Assembly (NCBI GenBank): GCA_000004985.1
Contig: GG739120.1
Direction: 5' to 3' (one strand)
Source: Naegleria gruberi
Taxonomy: Eukaryota
DNA: 7,667 nt
Shown: positions 1 through 7,617 of the stretch, in pieces
How the letters are laid out: each line of letters starts with the position of its first letter
Position numbering within the stretch: position 1 is the stretch's first letter
Made by a program: the position numbers and the translations under genes
The notes under the pieces: model-generated
What the model saw: the letters and a program-made list of their open reading frames with translations, nothing else
What the model was told of the DNA's origin: nothing
Databases searched by the model: none

Positions 1-1137
1 TGGAATTGTAATGGAAATGGAAAATGTATTTCCAATAATACATGTGAATGTCAATCAGGATGGAATTCTACATTTGATTGTTCACAATTTGAATGTAATG
101 ACCTTAATAATTGTAATGGAAATGGTCAATGTATTTCTAATAGTACATGCGAATGTCAATCAGGATGGAGAGGAAATTCACAATGTTCTGCTACCAGTTG
201 TGATGCTCTTTCTCAATGTAATGGAAATGGAAAATGTATTTCTAATAACACATGTGAATGTAATGATGGATGGAAAGGTAATAATCAGTGTTCTCTGTTT
301 ACATGTGAATTATTGAACAATTGTAATGGACATGGTTCATGTATATCCAATAATTCATGTCAATGTAATGATGGATGGAATGGAAATTCTCAATGTACTC
401 AACATACATGTGATTCATCTAATAATTGTAATGGACATGGTTCATGCATTTCCAATAATACGTGCCAATGCTTTGAAGGTTGGAAAGGAAATGTTCAGTG
501 TTCACAATTTGAATGTAATCTCCTTAATAATTGTAATGGAAATGGTCAATGTATTTCTAATAATACATGTGAATGTAATGATGGATGGAGAGGAAATTCA
601 CAATGTTCCGTTAAAAGTTGTGATTCACTTAATAATTGTAATGGAAATGGAAAATGTATTTCCAATAATACGTGTGAATGTCAATCAGGATGGAATGCAA
701 AATCTGATTGTTCACAATTTGAATGTGAATTAATGAATCAATGTAATGGAAATGGTAAATGTATTTCCAATAATACATGCGAATGTCAATCAGGATGGAG
801 AGGTAATTCACAATGTTCTGCTACCAGTTGCGATGCTCTTTCTCAATGTAATGGAAATGGAAAATGCATTTCTAATAACACATGTGAATGTAAAGAAGGA
901 TGGTCTGGAATTGATTGTTCTCAATTTACATGTTCATCCTTAAATGATTGTAATGGAAATGGTCAATGCCTTACTAATAATACATGTCAATGTGAATCAG
1001 GTTGGAAAAACAAATCTGATTGTTCACAACATTCATGTGAATTAATGAATCAATGTAATGGAAATGGTCAATGTATTTCCAATAATTCATGTCAATGTAA
1101 TAGTGGATGGGTGGGTTTAGATTGTTCTCAGAGGAGT
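1..1137. repeat. Coding tandem repeat with a 105-bp unit (two 102-bp variants), 11 copies, carrying a superimposed higher-order repeat of 630 bp (6 units).
   Basis: Unit starts are spaced 105 nt apart, except 829->931 and 1036->1137, which are 102 nt. Block 1-290 aligns to 631-920 at a constant 630-nt offset, with only scattered substitutions. Examples: 121-130 aatggtcaat vs 751-760 aatggtaaat; 151-170 is identical to 781-800; 211-230 is identical to 841-860. Segment 100-190 also closely matches 520-610, at offset 420. Confidence 0.9.
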
Positions 1138-1347
1138 ATTCTTCCAACAAATTCAATCATTATTCCCAAGACAAGTAATAATTCTATTGTAGCTGTGAAA
1201 AGTACAATCATTACTCAGAAGAGTTCAAATGTTTCTCCAAGAGATTCAGATAGAACAACTCTTAATTATGGTATTATTACAAGCAGTCCTTCGATTATTC
1301 TTCTCATTATAATCATCATCACTGTTATGTCATTAATATGTACCTAG
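1..1347 (+). CDS. 3' part of a secreted/surface protein with at least 11 tandem EGF-like repeats, a Ser/Thr-rich stalk and a C-terminal hydrophobic GPI-anchor-like signal. It is 5'-partial: the gene continues upstream of the window.
   Basis: Frame 1 is open from nt 1 to TAG at 1345-1347, with no stop from the window edge. The ORF-track start at 313 is only the first TTG in that frame, so the true start is upstream of the window. The translation is a regular array of 34-35 aa units, the first one partial. Units begin at nt 94, 199, 304, 409, 514, 619, 724, 829, 931 and 1036, and the array ends at 1137. Each unit reads C-x5-C-N-G-[NH]-G-x-C-[IL]-[ST]-N-[NS]-[ST]-C-[EQ]-C-x3-W-x5-C-S-x3. That is six Cys with the classic EGF C-x-C-x2-G-W-x(4-5)-C signature, and the N-x-[ST] sequon between Cys3 and Cys4 is present in all 11 units. 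Next comes a Ser/Thr/Asn-rich segment (nt 1138-1293, ...PTNSIIIPKTSNNSIVAVKSTIITQKSSNVSPRDSDRTTLNYGIITSSPS). The protein ends in a 17-residue hydrophobic tail, IILLIIIIITVMSLICT, with no cytoplasmic residues before the stop. That pattern is typical of a GPI attachment signal rather than a transmembrane anchor. Confidence 0.85.
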   Translation, partial: WNCNGNGKCISNNTCECQSGWNSTFDCSQFECNDLNNCNGNGQCISNSTCECQSGWRGNSQCSATSCDALSQCNGNGKCISNNTCECNDGWKGNNQCSLFTCELLNNCNGHGSCISNNSCQCNDGWNGNSQCTQHTCDSSNNCNGHGSCISNNTCQCFEGWKGNVQCSQFECNLLNNCNGNGQCISNNTCECNDGWRGNSQCSVKSCDSLNNCNGNGKCISNNTCECQSGWNAKSDCSQFECELMNQCNGNGKCISNNTCECQSGWRGNSQCSATSCDALSQCNGNGKCISNNTCECKEGWSGIDCSQFTCSSLNDCNGNGQCLTNNTCQCESGWKNKSDCSQHSCELMNQCNGNGQCISNNSCQCNSGWVGLDCSQRSILPTNSIIIPKTSNNSIVAVKSTIITQKSSNVSPRDSDRTTLNYGIITSSPSIILLIIIIITVMSLICT

Positions 1348-1397
1348 AACAGAAAGGAAAATACAAGTCTCTGATTGTTGTTTTAAACCATTGGCAG

Positions 1398-1403
1398 AAT
1401 AAA
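1398..1403 (+). promoter_or_regulatory. Candidate poly(A) signal AATAAA for the EGF-repeat gene
   Basis: The canonical AATAAA hexamer lies 51 nt downstream of the TAG stop at 1345-1347. It is the only canonical hexamer in the 270-bp intergenic spacer. Confidence 0.4.
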
Positions 1404-1617
1404 CGTTTAATTTTTCAATACTGGACTGTATTCATTTCAAAGTTCAACTAGAATTTAATGAGTACGATGGACATGTGCAAAAATTACAACTAAGAAATAG
1501 TTAATGTATTGAATTACAATGATGTCAATTAGGGTATTCAAACCTAAAGGCATCAAATAATGCAAACATCACCTTATGAACTATTATTGTATTTTCTTCA
1601 ATTTCAAATATTAAAAA

Positions 1618-1881
1618 ATGTCATTAAATCTCTTGCCACTCGATACCATCACGATCATTGCTAAATTTCTTTCATTTTCCGAACATCTCCAACTCATGCT
1701 AATCAATACCATTTGGTTCCATCTTTTAAATAGTGATGAGATGTGGCGAGGAAGAATAACACAACTCGGCTCTCATCTTTCAATTCATGCCAAGTTGCTC
1801 AACAGGGAAGAACCCATTAAACTCCATGCAGAAAGTACGAATATTAGAGAAATTCTAATGAATATTATAAAGAAACCAATA
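1618..1881 (+). CDS. F-box domain protein. Only the N-terminal 88 codons are visible. It is 3'-truncated by the N-run.
   Basis: The ATG at 1618 sits in an A-rich context (aaaaaATGtc), with an in-frame TAA two codons upstream at 1612-1614. A clean 88-codon open frame at about 35% GC runs to the start of the N-run. Residues ~4-45, LNLLPLDTITIIAKFLSFSEHLQLMLINTIWFHLLNSDEMWRGRI, fit the F-box consensus: L-P-x-[DE]-hydrophobic-x2-I-x3-L-x3-[DE]-L-x2-hydrophobic-x2-[VI]-x2-W-x2-L-x-[DS]-x2-[LM]-W. The substrate-recognition part that normally follows is hidden in the gap. Confidence 0.7.
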
Positions 1882-4800
1882 NNNNNNNNNNNNNNNNNNN
1901 NNNNNNNNNNNNNNNNNNNNNNNNNNNNNNNNNNNNNNNNNNNNNNNNNNNNNNNNNNNNNNNNNNNNNNNNNNNNNNNNNNNNNNNNNNNNNNNNNNNN
2001 NNNNNNNNNNNNNNNNNNNNNNNNNNNNNNNNNNNNNNNNNNNNNNNNNNNNNNNNNNNNNNNNNNNNNNNNNNNNNNNNNNNNNNNNNNNNNNNNNNNN
2101 NNNNNNNNNNNNNNNNNNNNNNNNNNNNNNNNNNNNNNNNNNNNNNNNNNNNNNNNNNNNNNNNNNNNNNNNNNNNNNNNNNNNNNNNNNNNNNNNNNNN
2201 NNNNNNNNNNNNNNNNNNNNNNNNNNNNNNNNNNNNNNNNNNNNNNNNNNNNNNNNNNNNNNNNNNNNNNNNNNNNNNNNNNNNNNNNNNNNNNNNNNNN
2301 NNNNNNNNNNNNNNNNNNNNNNNNNNNNNNNNNNNNNNNNNNNNNNNNNNNNNNNNNNNNNNNNNNNNNNNNNNNNNNNNNNNNNNNNNNNNNNNNNNNN
2401 NNNNNNNNNNNNNNNNNNNNNNNNNNNNNNNNNNNNNNNNNNNNNNNNNNNNNNNNNNNNNNNNNNNNNNNNNNNNNNNNNNNNNNNNNNNNNNNNNNNN
2501 NNNNNNNNNNNNNNNNNNNNNNNNNNNNNNNNNNNNNNNNNNNNNNNNNNNNNNNNNNNNNNNNNNNNNNNNNNNNNNNNNNNNNNNNNNNNNNNNNNNN
2601 NNNNNNNNNNNNNNNNNNNNNNNNNNNNNNNNNNNNNNNNNNNNNNNNNNNNNNNNNNNNNNNNNNNNNNNNNNNNNNNNNNNNNNNNNNNNNNNNNNNN
2701 NNNNNNNNNNNNNNNNNNNNNNNNNNNNNNNNNNNNNNNNNNNNNNNNNNNNNNNNNNNNNNNNNNNNNNNNNNNNNNNNNNNNNNNNNNNNNNNNNNNN
2801 NNNNNNNNNNNNNNNNNNNNNNNNNNNNNNNNNNNNNNNNNNNNNNNNNNNNNNNNNNNNNNNNNNNNNNNNNNNNNNNNNNNNNNNNNNNNNNNNNNNN
2901 NNNNNNNNNNNNNNNNNNNNNNNNNNNNNNNNNNNNNNNNNNNNNNNNNNNNNNNNNNNNNNNNNNNNNNNNNNNNNNNNNNNNNNNNNNNNNNNNNNNN
3001 NNNNNNNNNNNNNNNNNNNNNNNNNNNNNNNNNNNNNNNNNNNNNNNNNNNNNNNNNNNNNNNNNNNNNNNNNNNNNNNNNNNNNNNNNNNNNNNNNNNN
3101 NNNNNNNNNNNNNNNNNNNNNNNNNNNNNNNNNNNNNNNNNNNNNNNNNNNNNNNNNNNNNNNNNNNNNNNNNNNNNNNNNNNNNNNNNNNNNNNNNNNN
3201 NNNNNNNNNNNNNNNNNNNNNNNNNNNNNNNNNNNNNNNNNNNNNNNNNNNNNNNNNNNNNNNNNNNNNNNNNNNNNNNNNNNNNNNNNNNNNNNNNNNN
3301 NNNNNNNNNNNNNNNNNNNNNNNNNNNNNNNNNNNNNNNNNNNNNNNNNNNNNNNNNNNNNNNNNNNNNNNNNNNNNNNNNNNNNNNNNNNNNNNNNNNN
3401 NNNNNNNNNNNNNNNNNNNNNNNNNNNNNNNNNNNNNNNNNNNNNNNNNNNNNNNNNNNNNNNNNNNNNNNNNNNNNNNNNNNNNNNNNNNNNNNNNNNN
3501 NNNNNNNNNNNNNNNNNNNNNNNNNNNNNNNNNNNNNNNNNNNNNNNNNNNNNNNNNNNNNNNNNNNNNNNNNNNNNNNNNNNNNNNNNNNNNNNNNNNN
3601 NNNNNNNNNNNNNNNNNNNNNNNNNNNNNNNNNNNNNNNNNNNNNNNNNNNNNNNNNNNNNNNNNNNNNNNNNNNNNNNNNNNNNNNNNNNNNNNNNNNN
3701 NNNNNNNNNNNNNNNNNNNNNNNNNNNNNNNNNNNNNNNNNNNNNNNNNNNNNNNNNNNNNNNNNNNNNNNNNNNNNNNNNNNNNNNNNNNNNNNNNNNN
3801 NNNNNNNNNNNNNNNNNNNNNNNNNNNNNNNNNNNNNNNNNNNNNNNNNNNNNNNNNNNNNNNNNNNNNNNNNNNNNNNNNNNNNNNNNNNNNNNNNNNN
3901 NNNNNNNNNNNNNNNNNNNNNNNNNNNNNNNNNNNNNNNNNNNNNNNNNNNNNNNNNNNNNNNNNNNNNNNNNNNNNNNNNNNNNNNNNNNNNNNNNNNN
4001 NNNNNNNNNNNNNNNNNNNNNNNNNNNNNNNNNNNNNNNNNNNNNNNNNNNNNNNNNNNNNNNNNNNNNNNNNNNNNNNNNNNNNNNNNNNNNNNNNNNN
4101 NNNNNNNNNNNNNNNNNNNNNNNNNNNNNNNNNNNNNNNNNNNNNNNNNNNNNNNNNNNNNNNNNNNNNNNNNNNNNNNNNNNNNNNNNNNNNNNNNNNN
4201 NNNNNNNNNNNNNNNNNNNNNNNNNNNNNNNNNNNNNNNNNNNNNNNNNNNNNNNNNNNNNNNNNNNNNNNNNNNNNNNNNNNNNNNNNNNNNNNNNNNN
4301 NNNNNNNNNNNNNNNNNNNNNNNNNNNNNNNNNNNNNNNNNNNNNNNNNNNNNNNNNNNNNNNNNNNNNNNNNNNNNNNNNNNNNNNNNNNNNNNNNNNN
4401 NNNNNNNNNNNNNNNNNNNNNNNNNNNNNNNNNNNNNNNNNNNNNNNNNNNNNNNNNNNNNNNNNNNNNNNNNNNNNNNNNNNNNNNNNNNNNNNNNNNN
4501 NNNNNNNNNNNNNNNNNNNNNNNNNNNNNNNNNNNNNNNNNNNNNNNNNNNNNNNNNNNNNNNNNNNNNNNNNNNNNNNNNNNNNNNNNNNNNNNNNNNN
4601 NNNNNNNNNNNNNNNNNNNNNNNNNNNNNNNNNNNNNNNNNNNNNNNNNNNNNNNNNNNNNNNNNNNNNNNNNNNNNNNNNNNNNNNNNNNNNNNNNNNN
4701 NNNNNNNNNNNNNNNNNNNNNNNNNNNNNNNNNNNNNNNNNNNNNNNNNNNNNNNNNNNNNNNNNNNNNNNNNNNNNNNNNNNNNNNNNNNNNNNNNNNN

Positions 4801-6186
4801 NNNNNNNNNNNNNNNNNNNNNNNNNNNNNNNNNNNNNNNNNNNNNNNNNNNNNNNNNNNNNNNNNNNNNNNNNNNNNNNNNNNNNNNNNNNNNNNNNNNN
4901 NNNNNNNNNNNNNNNNNNNNNNNNNNNNNNNNNNNNNNNNNNNNNNNNNNNNNNNNNNNNNNNNNNNNNNNNNNNNNNNNNNNNNNNNNNNNNNNNNNNN
5001 NNNNNNNNNNNNNNNNNNNNNNNNNNNNNNNNNNNNNNNNNNNNNNNNNNNNNNNNNNNNNNNNNNNNNNNNNNNNNNNNNNNNNNNNNNNNNNNNNNNN
5101 NNNNNNNNNNNNNNNNNNNNNNNNNNNNNNNNNNNNNNNNNNNNNNNNNNNNNNNNNNNNNNNNNNNNNNNNNNNNNNNNNNNNNNNNNNNNNNNNNNNN
5201 NNNNNNNNNNNNNNNNNNNNNNNNNNNNNNNNNNNNNNNNNNNNNNNNNNNNNNNNNNNNNNNNNNNNNNNNNNNNNNNNNNNNNNNNNNNNNNNNNNNN
5301 NNNNNNNNNNNNNNNNNNNNNNNNNNNNNNNNNNNNNNNNNNNNNNNNNNNNNNNNNNNNNNNNNNNNNNNNNNNNNNNNNNNNNNNNNNNNNNNNNNNN
5401 NNNNNNNNNNNNNNNNNNNNNNNNNNNNNNNNNNNNNNNNNNNNNNNNNNNNNNNNNNNNNNNNNNNNNNNNNNNNNNNNNNNNNNNNNNNNNNNNNNNN
5501 NNNNNNNNNNNNNNNNNNNNNNNNNNNNNNNNNNNNNNNNNNNNNNNNNNNNNNNNNNNNNNNNNNNNNNNNNNNNNNNNNNNNNNNNNNNNNNNNNNNN
5601 NNNNNNNNNNNNNNNNNNNNNNNNNNNNNNNNNNNNNNNNNNNNNNNNNNNNNNNNNNNNNNNNNNNNNNNNNNNNNNNNNNNNNNNNNNNNNNNNNNNN
5701 NNNNNNNNNNNNNNNNNNNNNNNNNNNNNNNNNNNNNNNNNNNNNNNNNNNNNNNNNNNNNNNNNNNNNNNNNNNNNNNNNNNNNNNNNNNNNNNNNNNN
5801 NNNNNNNNNNNNNNNNNNNNNNNNNNNNNNNNNNNNNNNNNNNNNNNNNNNNNNNNNNNNNNNNNNNNNNNNNNNNNNNNNNNNNNNNNNNNNNNNNNNN
5901 NNNNNNNNNNNNNNNNNNNNNNNNNNNNNNNNNNNNNNNNNNNNNNNNNNNNNNNNNNNNNNNNNNNNNNNNNNNNNNNNNNNNNNNNNNNNNNNNNNNN
6001 NNNNNNNNNNNNNNNNNNNNNNNNNNNNNNNNNNNNNNNNNNNNNNNNNNNNNNNNNNNNNNNNNNNNNNNNNNNNNNNNNNNNNNNNNNNNNNNNNNNN
6101 NNNNNNNNNNNNNNNNNNNNNNNNNNNNNNNNNNNNNNNNNNNNNNNNNNNNNNNNNNNNNNNNNNNNNNNNNNNNNNNNNNNNNN
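1882..6186. other. Run of 4305 N, either an assembly gap or a masked region. No sequence information.
   Basis: The run is uninterrupted n characters. The F-box ORF enters it in frame. The long ORFs the track reports across it on both strands, translated as X, are artefacts. Confidence 1.
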
Positions 6187-6187
6187 A

Positions 6188-6571
6188 GGCTTTGAAATTG
6201 ATCAATTTTATATAACAGGACAATGTAGATTAATGGGTTTAAAAGAAATTATTTTATATTTAAATGATGAATTATTACCAAATATAACTATTAGTGCAAA
6301 TGCTGGAATTTTTATTTATAATTTAAATATTTTAAATGGAAATATTGAATCTATAAAAGGATGGAATGTTTTAAAATATCCAAATTGGTTGGAGTTTTTA
6401 AAAACAAGTAATAATTTAAATCAATATCAAATTTTAAATCAAAATAATAATACTATAAATGGTTTTATTAAAATTAAAAAACCAAATAATATTTTAAAAA
6501 ATATTGTAAAATTTTATTATGATGAAAAGAATATTAATTCAAATCTAGATGATTTTAATTTAAAATATTAA
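6188..6571 (+). CDS. 3' end of a protein-coding exon or gene of unknown function, 5'-partial because it emerges from the N-run. It is Asn/Ile/Lys-rich and very low in GC.
   Basis: Frame 2 is open from the first post-gap codon, ggc at 6188, to TAA at 6569-6571. That is 127 sense codons: GFEIDQFYITGQCRLMGLKEIILYLNDELLPNITISANAGIFIYNLNILNGNIESIKGWNVLKYPNWLEFLKTSNNLNQYQILNQNNNTINGFIKIKKPNNILKNIVKFYYDEKNINSNLDDFNLKY. The region is only about 10-20% GC by my 60-nt window counts. At that composition roughly 1 codon in 10 would be a stop by chance, so 127 consecutive sense codons is strongly non-random (about 1e-6). I recognise no domain in the translation. Whether it is the last exon of the F-box gene or a separate gene cannot be decided. 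Confidence 0.55.
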   Translation, partial: GFEIDQFYITGQCRLMGLKEIILYLNDELLPNITISANAGIFIYNLNILNGNIESIKGWNVLKYPNWLEFLKTSNNLNQYQILNQNNNTINGFIKIKKPNNILKNIVKFYYDEKNINSNLDDFNLKY

Positions 6572-6575
6572 TAAA
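6570..6575 (+). promoter_or_regulatory. Candidate poly(A) signal AATAAA overlapping the TAA stop of the low-GC ORF. A second AATAAA lies at 6620-6625.
   Basis: The hexamer is read directly from the sequence. In a region this AT-rich such hexamers occur by chance, hence the low confidence. Confidence 0.3.
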
Positions 6576-6932
6576 TTTATTTAATTTAAATTTTTAATAA
6601 TTCTTTCTGATCTAAAATCAATAAATTATTTATTTGTAATATGTAAATATTTTCCATTTTTACAACTCTCTCATATCGTTTTATGAGTGCTTACAAGGAA
6701 TTTGTGAGTGAATTATTTTATTTACTATTAATTCACTTTATTGAATGGTGATATCACAATGTTATCTTTGATTGTATTTCTAATGTATCAAATACTAATG
6801 ACTACAAAATATATTGTTCTTATCAAATTCATTGCTAACACTACAAAATTTGTGTGTTGTATGGCGAGTTTGTTGTTATTGAAATCTAAAATTAAAAAAA
6901 TAGGTCTACAGCCTTATTAACCTCACAAAACA

Positions 6933-7241
6933 ATGTTATCGGAATTATTATCAAAGAAGACGGGCGATGATCAGAATACAACATCATCTTCATCGGAACC
7001 TTCAACTACCAAGTATCCATATACAACTAGTGTTGTTGCTGATGGTAGAAGAAAATTTCATACAACCTATGAAAATGGAGTGGAAATGGTTGAGGAATTT
7101 GATTTGCAAACTAATCAATTATTATTGAGAAAGAGGAGAACTGTTTCAATATTAGGAGAAGGAACTTGGACAATTGAAATTGGAGGTGAGGTTAAATCCT
7201 TCAATCCAATTCATGATTTGATTGCTCCATCAACAGTCAAT
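6933..7241 (+). CDS. DPCD: DPCD (deleted in primary ciliary dyskinesia) orthologue, exon 1, 103 codons
   Basis: The ATG at 6933 sits in the context acaaaacaATGtt. An in-frame TAA lies at 6918-6920, and there is no AG between that stop and the ATG. The translation is MLSELLSKKTGDDQ...ADGRRKFHTTYENGVEMVEEFDLQTNQLLLRKRRTVSILGEGTWTIEIGGEV...PSTVN. From memory, the human DPCD N-terminus reads ...[48 protein letters not shown]...KESNAN. The exon ends in phase 0 after AAT (N) at 7239-7241, immediately before GTAAGT. Confidence 0.9.
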
Positions 7242-7295
7242 GTAAGTTTGAGGAATTTTGATTATAGAATATATTCCTTAATCTATTTGAATTAG
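7242..7295 (+). other. DPCD: DPCD intron 1 (54 nt, GTAAGT...TTAG)
   Basis: The 5' splice site GTAAGT is at 7242-7247 and the 3' AG at 7294-7295. Splicing joins ...STVN to PIFMRKDT, which reproduces the human junction ...SNAN|[8 protein letters not shown] exactly. Without splicing the frame hits TAG at 7293-7295. Confidence 0.85.
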
Positions 7296-7535
7296 CCAAT
7301 TTTTATGAGAAAGGATACATCCACATTATTCCAATGGAGAGTTAGAAACTGTTTCTATGAACCTAATGTATATAAGGTCAATATCGACCATGAAAAACAA
7401 GAAATTGTCATTAGTACAACTAATAAGAAGTATTATAAACGATTCTCGATACCAGATATGAAAGAATCACCAAAAACTAAATTAAATGATGAAAGTTTGT
7501 CATTTAAATTGGAGAATAATACCCTCATCATTTCG
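7296..7535 (+). CDS. DPCD: DPCD exon 2, 80 codons
   Basis: The translation is [80 protein letters not shown]. From memory, human DPCD reads [79 protein letters not shown]. Identity is about 50%, including the diagnostic TTNKKYYK[KR]FSIPD motif. The exon ends in phase 0 after TCG (S) at 7533-7535. Confidence 0.9.
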
Positions 7536-7617
7536 GTAAGTCTACTCTCGTCATCATTACAAAATTAATAACATCATATTATTAATAACCACATGTAAAC
7601 TCTTTCCGAATTTAAAG
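7536..7617 (+). other. DPCD: DPCD intron 2 (82 nt, GTAAGT...AAAG)
   Basis: GTAAGT is at 7536-7541. The only AG downstream within the intron is at 7616-7617. Splicing gives TLIIS|YVKPD, matching human TLIIS|YQKPKE. Read-through would stop at TAA 7566-7568. Confidence 0.8.

Noticed and set aside
11-943. Alternative-frame + strand ORFs inside the EGF array (11..316, 326..733, 746..943; 60-135 aa; His/Val/Met/Asn-rich translations)
   Set aside because: These are frame-shifted readings of the same 105-bp periodic sequence. The repeat happens to lack stops in frame 2 over long stretches. Their start and end points follow the repeat phase rather than any gene signal. Frame 1 gives a textbook EGF protein, which the others do not.
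1-1137. CRISPR-like or satellite reading of the regular ~100-bp tandem repeat
   Set aside because: The repeat is in-frame protein-coding (EGF modules) in a eukaryotic, intron-containing context. It has no unique spacers alternating with repeats and no cas-like genes.
629-1156. Antisense ORFs 629..811 and 974..1156 (60 aa each) within the EGF array
   Set aside because: They are short, Tyr/Ile/His-rich, low-complexity reverse-strand shadows of the repeat. They have no start context or recognisable product.
1345-1735. Ciliate-code read-through of the TAG at 1345 (TAA/TAG = Gln), which would extend the EGF protein to a TGA near 1735
   Set aside because: The extension would be non-Cys, non-repetitive and intergenic-like in composition. 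The hydrophobic tail immediately before the TAG makes sense only as a C-terminus. No Gln codon anywhere in the window is TAA/TAG.
1618-6223. Giant 1525-aa (+) and 1452-aa (-) ORFs in the ORF track
   Set aside because: They consist almost entirely of N translated as X. Only 1618-1881 (+) is real sequence. The minus-strand one has essentially no real codons beyond a few at 6187-6223.
6233-6571. Leucine-rich-repeat reading of 'IYNLNILNGNIESI' in the low-GC ORF, as a possible substrate-binding LRR of the F-box protein
   Set aside because: It is only a single, out-of-register partial match to L-x2-L-x-L-x2-N-x-L. There is no periodic repetition, so this is insufficient to call an LRR domain.
6683-6751. 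A 22-codon ATG ORF (MSAYKEFVSELFYLLLIHFIEW) with GTGAGT at 6704 after 'MSAYKEF', next to a 9-bp inverted repeat (agtgaatta at 6707-6715 / taattcact at 6729-6737). Considered as a hidden first DPCD exon, a uORF, or a regulatory hairpin.
   Set aside because: The DPCD ATG at 6933 is preceded by an in-frame TAA at 6918-6920 with no AG acceptor in between. The 6933 ORF already aligns with the human DPCD N-terminus. Short ORFs and 9-bp inverted repeats are expected by chance in AT-rich spacer DNA. There is no support for function.
7305-7568. ORF 7305..7568 as an independent 87-aa gene starting at its ATG
   Set aside because: It is exon 2 of DPCD. The homologous sequence PIF precedes the Met, and the apparent ORF end at 7568 is an in-intron TAA reached by reading through the GTAAGT 5' splice site at 7536.
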